Assembly: GCA_046482545.1 (NCBI GenBank)
Contig: JAWOEX010000039.1
Location: 96,001-160,000 of the forward strand
Origin: Candidatus Thorarchaeota archaeon
GTDB lineage: Archaea > Asgardarchaeota > Thorarchaeia > Thorarchaeales > Thorarchaeaceae
Direction: 5' to 3'
Length of the DNA: 64,000 bases
Shown here piece after piece: positions 40,897 to 51,364 of this stretch. The notes beneath the pieces are model-generated. The model saw only the letters and a program-made list of their open reading frames with translations, did not search any database and had not been told where the DNA came from. Made by a program: the position numbers and the translations under genes. Within the stretch, counting starts at the first letter, position 1. Each line of letters opens with the position of its first letter.

Positions 40897-41808
40897 GTGA
40901 CAGAGGGAAAATCAGGCCAATTGCCTGTTATCCAGATGACAGTGGAGATTCCCAAGGATATCAAGGAGACTTGGGACCTCTTTCTAAACGATCTGGTCAT
41001 GCTGCAGTGGCTCGGAAATGAAATCACAGCCAACCTGAAGGAGGGCGGAAAGATACAGTTTCTTGGAGACAATGCGCCCCATTCTCCCGAAGTTGCTAGC
41101 CAGTGGACCATTAAGAAAATCAAGGAGCATCGAGCGATTTTGTTCGAATGGGATATTCTGGGTGTGGAAACACTGGTAGTGTTCAATTTCAGCCCCTTTC
41201 AGACTGGAACTCTCATCGAGCTGAATCACGGTCCGGTTCCGGCTGCTGCACTACCTCTGAATATGCCAGAACACTGGACCATCATGCTCGCCAATTTCAA
41301 ATCATTTGTAGTATTAGGTGAACCAGCCCATAGGTTCGACTACTCAGATTATCATCCACTCAGACCTACGCGGTATGATCCAAAGGAAGTTCGTCAGAGT
41401 GTACTAATCAGAGCACCACCAGAACTGCCATTCGATGTCTGGACCAACCCTGAAAAGCTGAAGCGATTCATCCAAGCAGAAAATCCGGTTGTCGATAGAC
41501 GATATGCTGGTCTATATACATGGTGGGCGGAAGGCAAGGGACCAGTCGTTTTCAGAAAGCTGGAAGAAAACGAAGAGATAGAGTTCAGCTGGGTATATGG
41601 TGATGAGCCGGAAACAATCGTAAACGTAAGATTCGAACAAGTTGAAGACGATACGTTGGTTACTCTTCACCACTATGGATTTCGTAAACCTGAAGACGTA
41701 ATTGGTTATCGAGTTGGATGGGCTTCTGTACTTTGTGAGTTAAAGCTTGTCTGTGAATTGGGGGACTCGGGCATTACGCGTATAAGGGGCTGGGGAGAAG
41801 GTCTGTAA
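40897..41808 (+). CDS. Tandem SRPBCC/AHSA1 domain protein
   Basis: Two repeats each ending T-x-V-x-F...T-L-x-x-L-x-H...W...L. Confidence 0.8.
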   Translation: MTEGKSGQLPVIQMTVEIPKDIKETWDLFLNDLVMLQWLGNEITANLKEGGKIQFLGDNAPHSPEVASQWTIKKIKEHRAILFEWDILGVETLVVFNFSPFQTGTLIELNHGPVPAAALPLNMPEHWTIMLANFKSFVVLGEPAHRFDYSDYHPLRPTRYDPKEVRQSVLIRAPPELPFDVWTNPEKLKRFIQAENPVVDRRYAGLYTWWAEGKGPVVFRKLEENEEIEFSWVYGDEPETIVNVRFEQVEDDTLVTLHHYGFRKPEDVIGYRVGWASVLCELKLVCELGDSGITRIRGWGEGL

Positions 41809-41874
41809 TAGCAGGCTATTTGGGCTCAGAAAGACACATTAGCCGAACGGGATACTGAAGTAGATGTTGCCCCG

Positions 41875-42588
41875 ATGATAGCCTTCAATCTCGCACCTCC
41901 AACAGCCCATGATATCTTTTTGGCCGTCGTCTCGCTCTCAGCAATTTACTCTGCGCTTTATATCGCAGTAGTACTGAATAGAGAAGGTAGACCTGCGTGG
42001 ATTGGCCGAAAAGTGATTCATATCTCAGCTGGAACAATTATTGCACTTGTGCTCGTGTCTTTTTCCAGCCTGTATGCGCCTACAGTCACGTTAGTGGTCT
42101 TCCTTGGAAGCTTGTTTCTGGCATCTCTTTTCAACTTTGAATCTGTAAAAACCATGATTAACGCCGCCTCTAGAGAGGATGGAAGTACACAGGGGGCAGT
42201 CGCATCTGCAGCTGGAGCAGTTGTCTCGTATGGCATCGTGTTCTTTCTGACTGCTGATTCTCAATGGATTTTCGTGGCCGCCGTATTAGCAGTATCTTGG
42301 GGCGACGGCGCAGGAGAAATGATAGGGCGTCCTTTTGGGAACACGCACTATACAGTCGCGAAGACAACACGTTCACTTGAAGGAAGTCTAGCCGTGTTCG
42401 TCTTGACTGGACTAGCAGTTTCTGTTTCAATCGGCCTGTTCGGAAGTCACAAAGTCAGTTGTATCCTTCTATGGATCATTGGTGCGTCTCTGGTCGTTGC
42501 TCTGTTGGAAGCTGTTTCGCCATACTGGACTGACAATGTCTTCATTCCATTAGCTGTTGCATCAATGCTCACTCTACTGTCCTCTTAG
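41875..42588 (+). CDS. Phytol/dolichol kinase-like (CTP-dependent polyprenol kinase family) membrane protein
   Basis: RKVIH, SWGDGAGEMIGRPFG, RSLEGS, terminal DN. Confidence 0.82.
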   Translation: MIAFNLAPPTAHDIFLAVVSLSAIYSALYIAVVLNREGRPAWIGRKVIHISAGTIIALVLVSFSSLYAPTVTLVVFLGSLFLASLFNFESVKTMINAASREDGSTQGAVASAAGAVVSYGIVFFLTADSQWIFVAAVLAVSWGDGAGEMIGRPFGNTHYTVAKTTRSLEGSLAVFVLTGLAVSVSIGLFGSHKVSCILLWIIGASLVVALLEAVSPYWTDNVFIPLAVASMLTLLSS

Positions 42589-42634
42589 TTCGTCTTTCTT
42601 CTGTGAAGAATGGATGATTCAGTGTCAGGGAGGA

Positions 42635-43333
42635 TCAGAAAAGCAACACATCAGGGAAGATGAAAATCCACATGAACAATGCGGTGCCCCATGGTAACAA
42701 GAGATTATCGAGCCATCTTCGACTGACAAACTCAAGAAATGAAATACAAAGGCCAATTACTAGGATAGGAACGGGAGTATCGGGAATAGAGGCAGGCGAA
42801 TACAGGAGCAATGATGTCATACATGCAAGTATAGAAAAGACGAAGACCGCGATAGCACCCTCAATGGATTTGTCTCCGAAAGGTCTTCTAATCAGGGTCC
42901 CCCCATAGGGCCTGCCGATGATTTCTCCTGCTGCGTCGCCCCACGATACCGCGAGGATAGAGGCTACAAGAATACTCGGCTCCTTCAAGAATAGGAGGAA
43001 AACTAAGCCAAATGATATTAACCCAAAGATTCCTGAAGCGAATGTTCCGAAAGAGTTCTCTCCATCTCGACTCCCAGCAACAAGCAAATCCGATATCAAA
43101 CTGCTATCGTGGGCCCATACATACATGAGAAAGCCGCAGAAGATTACTGTTGCAAGTACAGGACCACTGATGGTAGAATATCTCATTATTGTAAGGCCGA
43201 TAATTGTTCCCATAGAAATATGAACCATCTTTCTAGCCTTCCAGCTTTCCACACCGTTTCCATGCCAATGGTAGGCTATTGCCAGTATAACAGATCCAGC
43301 TACCCCAGTAAGCACTGCAAGAGCTACGTCCAT
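42635..43333 (-). CDS. Second phytol/dolichol kinase-like membrane protein
   Basis: RKMVH, SWGDAAGEIIGRPYG, KSIEGA, LDN; start probably MDVALAV at 43333. Confidence 0.82.
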   Translation of the reverse strand: MDVALAVLTGVAGSVILAIAYHWHGNGVESWKARKMVHISMGTIIGLTIMRYSTISGPVLATVIFCGFLMYVWAHDSSLISDLLVAGSRDGENSFGTFASGIFGLISFGLVFLLFLKEPSILVASILAVSWGDAAGEIIGRPYGGTLIRRPFGDKSIEGAIAVFVFSILACMTSLLLYSPASIPDTPVPILVIGLCISFLEFVSRRWLDNLLLPWGTALFMWIFIFPDVLLF

Positions 43334-43479
43334 GCAGGTTAATGCCCCGAAGAATAGATGAACCATGATTCTCAGAGAAAAATCAGACATGCTCCCTTTT
43401 GTATATTGTTAAGGCCTAGACCCTTCTGGGCCATAATTGGGTGGTAGGCGCCCATCAATCTGTACACTTAACTATTCTA

Positions 43480-43960
43480 GATAACCTGTTTCTTACAGTT
43501 TTAGGAACTGTGTGAAACTCCTGTGTTCCACCCTTCCCCTGCCCAGCGTTGCCGCTATACCGGGGCACTACCCCGGCCAAGCAAGGGCTTTGGCCGCCAT
43601 CATCAGGACACGGTCCCTCGTGCGGTCTCGGCTTCTGTCTCCTGCCCTGACCCGGACACATCACTCCCGGGGCAGCGAGTGTTTCCACAGCTTTTGCCAC
43701 GGCGGAGTTATTATCGCTCGCTCCAGTCTCGTCACCGAAACTGGACAGGTCCAGTTGGACAAAGCGAACAGCCGCAGACTCTCCAGGGCCTGATGAGGAC
43801 CCTTGTTTGGAGAGTGAGGTCTTCTGCTTAGAAGACGGGGTCTTCCTCACAGCCTTCGGGCTGGGCGCTTCTCCCGCGGGGGAGTGGCCCACCGCCCTAG
43901 TCCTACTAGACTCGGATTTCTTACTAGGCCTAATAAACTCCCCTCGTCCGGTGTGACAAT
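43480..43960 (-). mobile_element. GC-rich non-autonomous element; its 3' ~125 nt are structured repeat copy B (probable IS200/IS605-tnpB remnant)
   Basis: Abrupt GC-rich hairpin-rich segment; 43480-43603 homologous to copies A and C; family assignment is inference. Confidence 0.55.
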
Positions 43961-44044
43961 AGTACTTGCAGGAAATTTTATACAAATCTTACACATTTGC
44001 ACTCGGATTTTTACGATTCTTGTAAAACTTGCCTACTCTAGATG

Positions 44045-44175
44045 GGCTCTGTGTGAAAAGTCAACAAGGAAGTAAGGAAACGGAGCAATCAAATTACAAG
44101 ATGCCTGATTTCTAACTTCATTTCCCTGTTTTGCGATCAGTCACATTCATCGCTAAAGACTTTTCACACAGCACC
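44045..44175. mobile_element. MITE, 131 bp, 18-bp terminal inverted repeats, flanking direct repeat
   Basis: GGCTCTGTGTGAAAAGTC (44045-44062) vs GACTTTTCACACAGCACC (44158-44175), 16/18 match; CTCTAGATG at 44036-44044 and 44176-44184. Confidence 0.88.
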
Positions 44176-44316
44176 CTCTAGATGCTAGGGCTTATATTGT
44201 CTTGTTCACCATACAAGTTGCTTACAATCTAGATATTCCAGGTCGCACATTTATTGACCAAAGAAATACCTTAGATATAATGAACAGCAGACCAAGTGTG
44301 AGTGGGAGGTTAGATA

Positions 44317-44925
44317 TTGAGAGATCAGGATGACGGTAGCAAAGTTGTCAAATCAGTACTCATCGGAGATGCCGCAGTGGGCAAGACGAGCATACGGCGG
44401 AATTACTTAGGCGAAGGCTTCGAGGCATCTCATCTACCAACTATAGGTGTAGACCTAGCCACAAAGAAAGTGCTTTTTGGGGATGATCTTGTCAAATTTG
44501 TGATTTGGGACCTAGCAGGCCAGCACAACTTCAAGTCGGTCAGGGGCCATTACTATCACGGTTCAAATGGAATCATTCTTGTGTACGATGTTGTGAATCG
44601 TGAATCTTTCTTCAATGCATCCAAGTGGTTGGTTGAAGCATACCGCAACATGGGACCCCTTCCACCGACAATAATTGTGGGTAACAAGATAGATCTCAGA
44701 CAAAGACCAGAATACACTGATGTAGTAACCACCGAAGAAGGAAAAGCATTCAGGGACAAATTCATTGAGAAGCTTGGTGTACCTGCTGTTTTCAAGGAAA
44801 CCTCAGCCAAGACTGGGGAGAATATCGACGACACCTTTACTGAACTCTTGGCCATGATGGAGAAAGACAGGCAACGAGAAGCCCCCGAAATCTACCAAAG
44901 CGAAAGTGCACCACGTATCAAGTAG
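44317..44925 (+). CDS. Rab-like Ras-superfamily small GTPase
   Basis: G1 GDAAVGKT, PTIGVD, G3 WDLAGQ, G4 NKID, G5 ETSAK. Confidence 0.95.
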   Translation: MRDQDDGSKVVKSVLIGDAAVGKTSIRRNYLGEGFEASHLPTIGVDLATKKVLFGDDLVKFVIWDLAGQHNFKSVRGHYYHGSNGIILVYDVVNRESFFNASKWLVEAYRNMGPLPPTIIVGNKIDLRQRPEYTDVVTTEEGKAFRDKFIEKLGVPAVFKETSAKTGENIDDTFTELLAMMEKDRQREAPEIYQSESAPRIK

Positions 44926-45046
44926 AAGTATCCTTCAGATTTTCGATAGCACTCAATCGCAACTATTATTAGGATAAAGCCGTTAACTATTGTTAAAGGT
45001 ATATGCACTAGCAGTAGTACTGCACTGCCTTTTCAGAGGGGTATTA

Positions 45047-47818
45047 ATGAACCAAGAAGAAAAAGAAAAGAAACAGAAGAAGCTATCAATTAATGTTGAA
45101 GGAATGCATTGTGCTTCGTGTGTTGCAACCATCGAAAAATCACTACTGAACGAAGATGGCGTTATCAAAGCCAGTGTGAATCTTCTTGATGAAAAAGCAC
45201 TTGTCCAATATGATGCTGGTAAAGTGAATCGCTCAAAGCTAGAGAAAGCGGTTGAGAACACTGGTTACAAGGTAAGAAGGGCGGGCATAACTTACTCTCT
45301 CGATCCCACTCCTGAAACTGACGGATGGGAAACTATTCGGGAAAACATGCAAAGTATGGAGGGCATTATCACAGTAAACACGTACCCGGAAACCGGACGT
45401 GTTCTGTTAGAGTTCGACGAAGAGCTGCTCAAACCTAGAACAATCAAGAATGAGTTAGAGGGTTTGGGATATGATGTGGAACAAAGCGGAGGTTATGCAG
45501 CAGACAGAGAAGCTTCGGCTAGAACCGAGGAAATAAGGAACTACTTTCTGCTATTCGCATTCTCACTAACTCTGACAGTTCCAGTAGTTCTCATCATGTT
45601 CAATGTTATCACACCATTTCTTCCATCTTGGATGCCCCCAGAGATTCTGATGTTCGTCCTTACAACCCCTGTCCAGTTCATTGCGGGATATCCTTTCTAC
45701 AAAGCAAGTTTTCGCGGATTAATTCACGGCAAGACGAACATGGATACTCTCATCATGCTCGGAACGAGCGCAGCATACTTCTACTCTGTTGCTGCCACGT
45801 TCCTGTTTCCCTCTTTCGCATCTTTCTATGACACATCGGGCATGCTAATCACCTTCATTCTGTTGGGTAGAACACTCGAAGCTATAGCGAAGGGAAGAAC
45901 ATCAAAAGCCATACGGAGTCTCATGAGCCTACAAGCGAAAGTCGCCAGAATCGTCCGCGATGGTGAGGAGAAGACAATACCCGTAGAGGACGTACGACGT
46001 GATGATATAGTTCTTGTCAGACCTGGCGACAAAATTCCGGTCGATGGAGAAGTAGTAGAGGGACATTCAACCGTAGACGAGTCTATGATAACTGGCGAAT
46101 CAATACCTGTTGAAAAGGCGATGGGTGATTCAGTCGTTGGAGCGACCATCAACAAGAACGGGGTTCTGCGGGTTCGTGCAACCGAAATCGGAGAGGATAC
46201 TGTTCTCTCTCAGATTGTCGAGCTTGTGGAAAAAGCACAGACAGAAAAGCCGCCTATCCAACGAAAAGCTGATGCCATAGCTGAGGTCTTTGTGCCAGTA
46301 GTTCTCTTAATCGCGGCCATAACCTTCGCGGGTTGGCTTGTCATCGGTGCTGCTTCCTGGACCCGAGCACTCAGTTTCACAATTGCGATTCTTGTTGCAG
46401 CCTGTCCTTGCGCTCTTGGACTTGCAACTCCAACGGCAATCATGGTTGGCCTAGGAAAAGGCGCAAAGAATGGAATCCTCATTAAGAACGGTTCAGCACT
46501 AGAAGCAATCCCTAACATTGACATCATCGTTTTCGACAAAACCGGTACTCTCACGACTGGAAAGCCACAAGTGACTGACTTTATCACAGATGACGATTTG
46601 GACAAAGAAAGCCTACTCGCAAGTATAGCATCAATCGAAAAGAACAGTGAGCATCCTCTTGCAGAGGCCATAGTTGAGTATGCGGATGACCAAACCTTGG
46701 TCACGCAATCTGTTGAAGATTTCAAAGCGTTATCTGGCATGGGTGTGAGAGCACGAATAGGTGACAATGAATATCTAATCGGCAATCAGAAATTGATGGA
46801 AGAGAACGCTATCAGTATCAAGGATATCACGTCACACAGTAAAGTGCTGGAAGAGCAGGGTAAGACAACAGTCTATTGTGCGCAAGATGGTATTGCAAAG
46901 GGAGTTTTTGGAATCGCGGATACACTCAAAGCTAGCTCCGCTGACACCGTAGCAGCCCTTAGTAGAAAGGGAATAGAAGTCTGGATGATTACAGGAGACA
47001 GAGAGCGTACTGGGCGGGCGATTGCAAAGAAAGTTGGGATTGACAGTGTGATGGCGGAAGTTATGCCATCGGAGAAAGCAGAAAAGATCAAGGAATTACA
47101 GGCAGAGGGGCGGGTTGTTGCTATGACTGGGGATGGAATCAATGATGCTCCGGCCTTAGCGCAAGCAGACGTAGGCATTGCTCTTGGCTCTGGTACTGAT
47201 GTATCGGTTGAAACTGGTGATATAGTGCTGGTGCGAGACAACCTTCTCGATGTGGTCAATGCCATTGAACTAGGTAATCGTACTATGACAAAAATCAAAC
47301 AAGGCTTTTTCTGGGCACTTGTCTACAACATGGCGTTATTGCCAATCGCTGCAGGACTGCTTTATCCTTTGTTTGGATTGGCATTACGGCCAGAATTTGC
47401 CGGGCTTGCGATGGCATTATCAAGCGTAAGTGTCGTGTCCAATGCGCTACTACTGAACAGGTTCGAACCGAGTCGTGATACTGAATCTCAGACGGAACCC
47501 GTTCCGAGAGATCACCAAGTTGTAATTGATCCTGCGTGTGGAATGGAAGTTGACCCAGAGACCTCGCATCTGTACACTGACTATGAAGATAAAAGATACT
47601 ACTTCTGTGCTCCCAGATGCAAGAAGAAGTTCGAGGAAAATCCAAAGAAGTTCATAGGCAAATATGAAGAGCAAGAAATTGCAATCGATCCTGTTTGCAA
47701 AATGGAAGTCAATCCCCAGACCACCGACCTTTATACAGATTATCAGGGCGAGAGGTTCTATTTTTGCAATCCATATTGCAAAACCAGATTCCGAGAGAAT
47801 CCCGAAAAGTATCTGTAG
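45047..47818 (+). CDS. copA: Cu(I)-translocating P1B ATPase with two C-terminal YHS/TRASH domains
   Basis: GMHCASC, TGES, CPC, DKTGT, SEHP, GDGIND, YN, MALSS; two DPxCxMEV...YFC...C repeats. Confidence 0.95.
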   Translation: MNQEEKEKKQKKLSINVEGMHCASCVATIEKSLLNEDGVIKASVNLLDEKALVQYDAGKVNRSKLEKAVENTGYKVRRAGITYSLDPTPETDGWETIRENMQSMEGIITVNTYPETGRVLLEFDEELLKPRTIKNELEGLGYDVEQSGGYAADREASARTEEIRNYFLLFAFSLTLTVPVVLIMFNVITPFLPSWMPPEILMFVLTTPVQFIAGYPFYKASFRGLIHGKTNMDTLIMLGTSAAYFYSVAATFLFPSFASFYDTSGMLITFILLGRTLEAIAKGRTSKAIRSLMSLQAKVARIVRDGEEKTIPVEDVRRDDIVLVRPGDKIPVDGEVVEGHSTVDESMITGESIPVEKAMGDSVVGATINKNGVLRVRATEIGEDTVLSQIVELVEKAQTEKPPIQRKADAIAEVFVPVVLLIAAITFAGWLVIGAASWTRALSFTIAILVAACPCALGLATPTAIMVGLGKGAKNGILIKNGSALEAIPNIDIIVFDKTGTLTTGKPQVTDFITDDDLDKESLLASIASIEKNSEHPLAEAIVEYADDQTLVTQSVEDFKALSGMGVRARIGDNEYLIGNQKLMEENAISIKDITSHSKVLEEQGKTTVYCAQDGIAKGVFGIADTLKASSADTVAALSRKGIEVWMITGDRERTGRAIAKKVGIDSVMAEVMPSEKAEKIKELQAEGRVVAMTGDGINDAPALAQADVGIALGSGTDVSVETGDIVLVRDNLLDVVNAIELGNRTMTKIKQGFFWALVYNMALLPIAAGLLYPLFGLALRPEFAGLAMALSSVSVVSNALLLNRFEPSRDTESQTEPVPRDHQVVIDPACGMEVDPETSHLYTDYEDKRYYFCAPRCKKKFEENPKKFIGKYEEQEIAIDPVCKMEVNPQTTDLYTDYQGERFYFCNPYCKTRFRENPEKYL

Positions 47819-47930
47819 ATGAGTTGATATCGCCAATTTAACAACCAACCCGCAAGCAACCTCGTCTCGGTAGAAATTAATACCCCGCCCTCAGTGCAAG
47901 AGATAACCAGCATCGCCTGAGGGAAAGGGT

Positions 47931-49265
47931 TTGCTTACAAGATTTCAGAAAGTCTACTATGGAATGGCTAGATTCGGCCCGAGTGCCATGCTTGATATGC
48001 TTGACATAGCAACTTCGCTTTTTTATTTCTCAATTCAGCGGTTACCAGCCATCTATACAGGCATATCAATGGGTGTGAGCTATATCGCAATCATGGTTTC
48101 CGAGTTGGTGTTCGGCAATCTTTCAGATCGCACACGAACAAAAGTGGGACGCCGGAAGCCTTTCGTGTTGGTAGGAGCACCAGGAATGGCTCTCTCTTTT
48201 GCACTAGTTTTCACACCGCATCTTTTCCTTGTTCAAGGTGATGTGATTGCCCTATTTCTTTACGCACTCATAACTCAAAGCCTTTTCAAAATCTTTTACG
48301 GAATGACAATGACACCGTTCCAATCATGGATGCCGGAACTAACAGAACCCGAAGAACGGCCGAGTGTGTCATCATGGCAAAATATCGCTAATTTCATGGG
48401 ATTTGTGGTTGGTGTATTCGGAACAACATTGCTGGCTGTCGAATCCTACAGATGGTGTCTTCCTCCAACTCTTCGGTACATGTTAATCGCGTTTATTTGG
48501 ATTCAGCTAGCAGGTTTCATTGCGCCTCTTACCGGGCTAAGGAAAGAGGGAAAACACATAGAGCAACCAGATCTATTGAAAGACGTGAGACGAGCCCTTC
48601 GCAATCGAGATTTCTTGGGCTGGATTCTAGCTCAGGGTCTTTTGTCAATTGGCTTCGCAATGGTGATTAAATCGGCTTTTCCATTCATCAATGACTATCT
48701 TCATTTTGGTACAACGGAATTCGCCATATTCGGAGCCGAACTGCTCCTTATCGTGTTTGTGTTCTTCATGATATGGCGCTGGATGATTAAGAACAAAGGA
48801 AAGGGTACAACCCTCCGAACAGCTATGATTATCACTGCCTTGAGCCTAGTTCTTACCCTCATCGTGCAGAATGCCCTGCAGGGTTTTATCATGATTGCCT
48901 TAGTAGGGGTAGGGCTTGCAGGGTACTACCTGATGCCATATATCATATACGCTGATTTCGCCAACAAAGACGAGATAATCACGGGTGAATCTAGAGCTGG
49001 ATTCTATACCAGTTTCCCCTCTATCCCCCTCAATACCTGTCAGGCTATCTCTGCGTTTCTGTGGGGATTCGTCTTCAGCCTACCTGAAGTTGCTCCAGTT
49101 CCGAGTACTCCCTCTGAGACGGTCAGCCTTGGCTACTTGTATTGGGGGCCGATAGCAGCGGTATTCATTCTCTTAGCGGTGGTAATATTGACCCAGATTA
49201 ACATTGATCCCGACTTCGAGAAACTGAAAAGTGTGGCACAAAGGGGGGTTCAGGGGGCTAAATGA
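47931..49265 (+). CDS. MFS transporter, GPH/MelB-like
   Basis: GNLSDRTRTKVGRRKPF, PELT...ER, DEIITGESRAG. Confidence 0.88.
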   Translation: MLTRFQKVYYGMARFGPSAMLDMLDIATSLFYFSIQRLPAIYTGISMGVSYIAIMVSELVFGNLSDRTRTKVGRRKPFVLVGAPGMALSFALVFTPHLFLVQGDVIALFLYALITQSLFKIFYGMTMTPFQSWMPELTEPEERPSVSSWQNIANFMGFVVGVFGTTLLAVESYRWCLPPTLRYMLIAFIWIQLAGFIAPLTGLRKEGKHIEQPDLLKDVRRALRNRDFLGWILAQGLLSIGFAMVIKSAFPFINDYLHFGTTEFAIFGAELLLIVFVFFMIWRWMIKNKGKGTTLRTAMIITALSLVLTLIVQNALQGFIMIALVGVGLAGYYLMPYIIYADFANKDEIITGESRAGFYTSFPSIPLNTCQAISAFLWGFVFSLPEVAPVPSTPSETVSLGYLYWGPIAAVFILLAVVILTQINIDPDFEKLKSVAQRGVQGAK

Positions 49266-49462
49266 GAGCCCGAGAGGAATGATACGATTCAGAAGACTGT
49301 GTCTGATTGCAGGGTTTGGTGCGGGCAATAATCGGAAACAGTCGCTGAGCTGGTTTGAGCTCATCTGGATGATAATGTCGTGTGTGGCAGTGATGATATG
49401 GAGGTCTACAGAATTGTTTGGTCATAAAGCGACTCTGAGTCCCCTAATATCGCTCCTGTTTC

Positions 49463-50230
49463 TTAGAAAGCAAGCCAGCCACCATCGACAGCAAGAACGT
49501 GCCCGGTCACATATCTGGCATCATCACTAGCTAAGAAGCAGATAGCACCCCTAATCCATTCCTTCTCTGCAAGCATCGGCAATGCAGTCCGCGGTTTAAT
49601 CATATTCTTTCGGATTTCATCATTCGTCATCGCATCGATGCTTTGCTCAGTAGGAAAGAAGCCAGGCGCTATTGCATTGACTCGAATATTATATTTTCCA
49701 AGTTCAACAGCTAGACCTTTTGTAAGACTCACAACCCCACCTTTGGCTGCGTAATATCCCACAACCGGAAACTGCGTTGCGCCAAATGCGAATGTGGACG
49801 CCATATTGATTATCACTCCGGTTCTATTCGGAATCATGACCTTCGCTGCTTCACGGCTTCCAAGAAACGCAGAAGTAAGATTAAGATCTATAGCATAGCG
49901 CCAGTCCTCAAGCGTCTGTTCAATTAGCGGCTTTGACACATAGTCGCCTACGTTGTTGACCATGATGTCGAGCTTCCCGAACTCATCAACAGCAGTGTTC
50001 ACTGCTCGGATGATGTTACTTTCCTTGAGGACATCAGTGAGTACAACAAGTGTCTCGACTCCGTAGTCTTTCTCAATCTTCTCCGCATTTGCCTCAAGTT
50101 CATCCTTACTGCGTGAAGCCAAGACTATGTTGGCCCCAGACTCAGCAAGACCGTAACAGAACTGTTCACCTAGTCCGGCTGAAGCACCAGTTACAATAGC
50201 TGTTTTGTCACCCAAATCATAATCGGCCAT
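49463..50230 (-). CDS. SDR family oxidoreductase
   Basis: TGASAGLG, YYAAKGG, VNAIAPG. Confidence 0.92.
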   Translation of the reverse strand: MADYDLGDKTAIVTGASAGLGEQFCYGLAESGANIVLASRSKDELEANAEKIEKDYGVETLVVLTDVLKESNIIRAVNTAVDEFGKLDIMVNNVGDYVSKPLIEQTLEDWRYAIDLNLTSAFLGSREAAKVMIPNRTGVIINMASTFAFGATQFPVVGYYAAKGGVVSLTKGLAVELGKYNIRVNAIAPGFFPTEQSIDAMTNDEIRKNMIKPRTALPMLAEKEWIRGAICFLASDDARYVTGHVLAVDGGWLAF

Positions 50231-50308
50231 TACATCAACACATCCGAGATAGTATTCACTGTTCGTTGATGACGTATTAAATGCTTAAGGCAAGAAGAAC
50301 CGCAATAC

Positions 50309-51271
50309 CTAGCCAGGCGGTACGTCGCATTCCTCATCATCTTGTTGAATGAATTCATTCCCCGCTTGCCGAATCTGGTAGTATCTTAGAAGACCAATCG
50401 GAACCACAATGAACAGCCAGATGATTATGTCACCGATAGTAGCAATCATGATGCTCTGATCAGCAGGATCGAGCCACATTTGTCCCAGTTTCATCATCTT
50501 CACAAGGGGGAATACCAAGACCAAGCCGAATACTCGCTTGAGCCCGACAGCATCAACCTCGCAGGCAATCCGTGGACCAATCTGAGCGCCGACTATCATG
50601 CCTATGCCCAGAGCTATAGCGAAGAATGGATTGATGTGGCCACCCGTGTAGTTTCGAAGTGTGCCAGCGCTTGCAGTGAAAATCATCGTGAACATGGAAG
50701 TTGCGACAGCCCCGTGAATGGGCATGCCCATCAGAATTGTCAACACTGGAACGACAACTGCACCACCACCTATCCCAAGTAACCCTGCAGCCGTACCGCC
50801 GACAAAGCCGCCGACAAGTGATATCGCAAGTCTTGTGTAACTTATATCTGAAAAATCGAATAATGCCATATCTTCAGCAGAAGTGCCCCGGCGTTTGGCG
50901 AATAGCATTTTCAGCGCAACAGGGAAGAGCGAGATGCCAAAAATCAATCGGAGGATGTAATCATTAGGAATAATCTCTCGTAGTACAACACCCACCAGGG
51001 AACCAGGGATCGTCGTTATGGCTAGGAACAGTCCTGCTTTCGGAACTATCGGAGATGGATCTTGCCGTGCGTAAGAAATCGTACTTGCTACCGCAACAAA
51101 TAGGGCTGCAACCAAGGCTGTTGCCGGTGCCGCCTGTTCGTTCAGTAGGAACACAATAATGAGTAGAGGCGTATTGATAATTCCGCCACCGATCCCTACC
51201 ATAGAAGAAATCGTTCCAACGGCGATGGCGAATAGTGCTATTGGCAAAATGTCAAGCAGCAGTTGTTGCAT
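50309..51271 (-). CDS. TauE/SafE (TSUP) family transporter
   Basis: Two GIGGG...P repeats, AVATS. Confidence 0.9.
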   Translation of the reverse strand: MQQLLLDILPIALFAIAVGTISSMVGIGGGIINTPLLIIVFLLNEQAAPATALVAALFVAVASTISYARQDPSPIVPKAGLFLAITTIPGSLVGVVLREIIPNDYILRLIFGISLFPVALKMLFAKRRGTSAEDMALFDFSDISYTRLAISLVGGFVGGTAAGLLGIGGGAVVVPVLTILMGMPIHGAVATSMFTMIFTASAGTLRNYTGGHINPFFAIALGIGMIVGAQIGPRIACEVDAVGLKRVFGLVLVFPLVKMMKLGQMWLDPADQSIMIATIGDIIIWLFIVVPIGLLRYYQIRQAGNEFIQQDDEECDVPPG

Positions 51272-51364
51272 TTGAATCGTCCATCCGGCAACACTCCGAG
51301 CGACTGTACGGGTACTTAAAGCGTACTATGCATACACCTCGATTCTATTGCAATGCATCAGCCA

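Noticed and set aside
43480-43960. RNase P or SRP RNA, suggested by GC richness and a GAGGAAGACCCC segment
   Set aside because: No convincing P4 partner or SRP helix-8 motif was seen, and the 3' part recurs three times in 64 kb, unlike a single-copy housekeeping RNA. An Rfam scan would settle it.
43455-43985. 176-aa ORF as a functional gene
   Set aside because: Low-complexity, no catalytic motif, and it overlaps the structured repeat; treated as a remnant.
41875-44925. Prenylation link between the polyprenol kinases and the Rab-like GTPase
   Set aside because: The GTPase lacks a C-terminal Cys, no prenyltransferase is present, and two inserted elements separate the genes.
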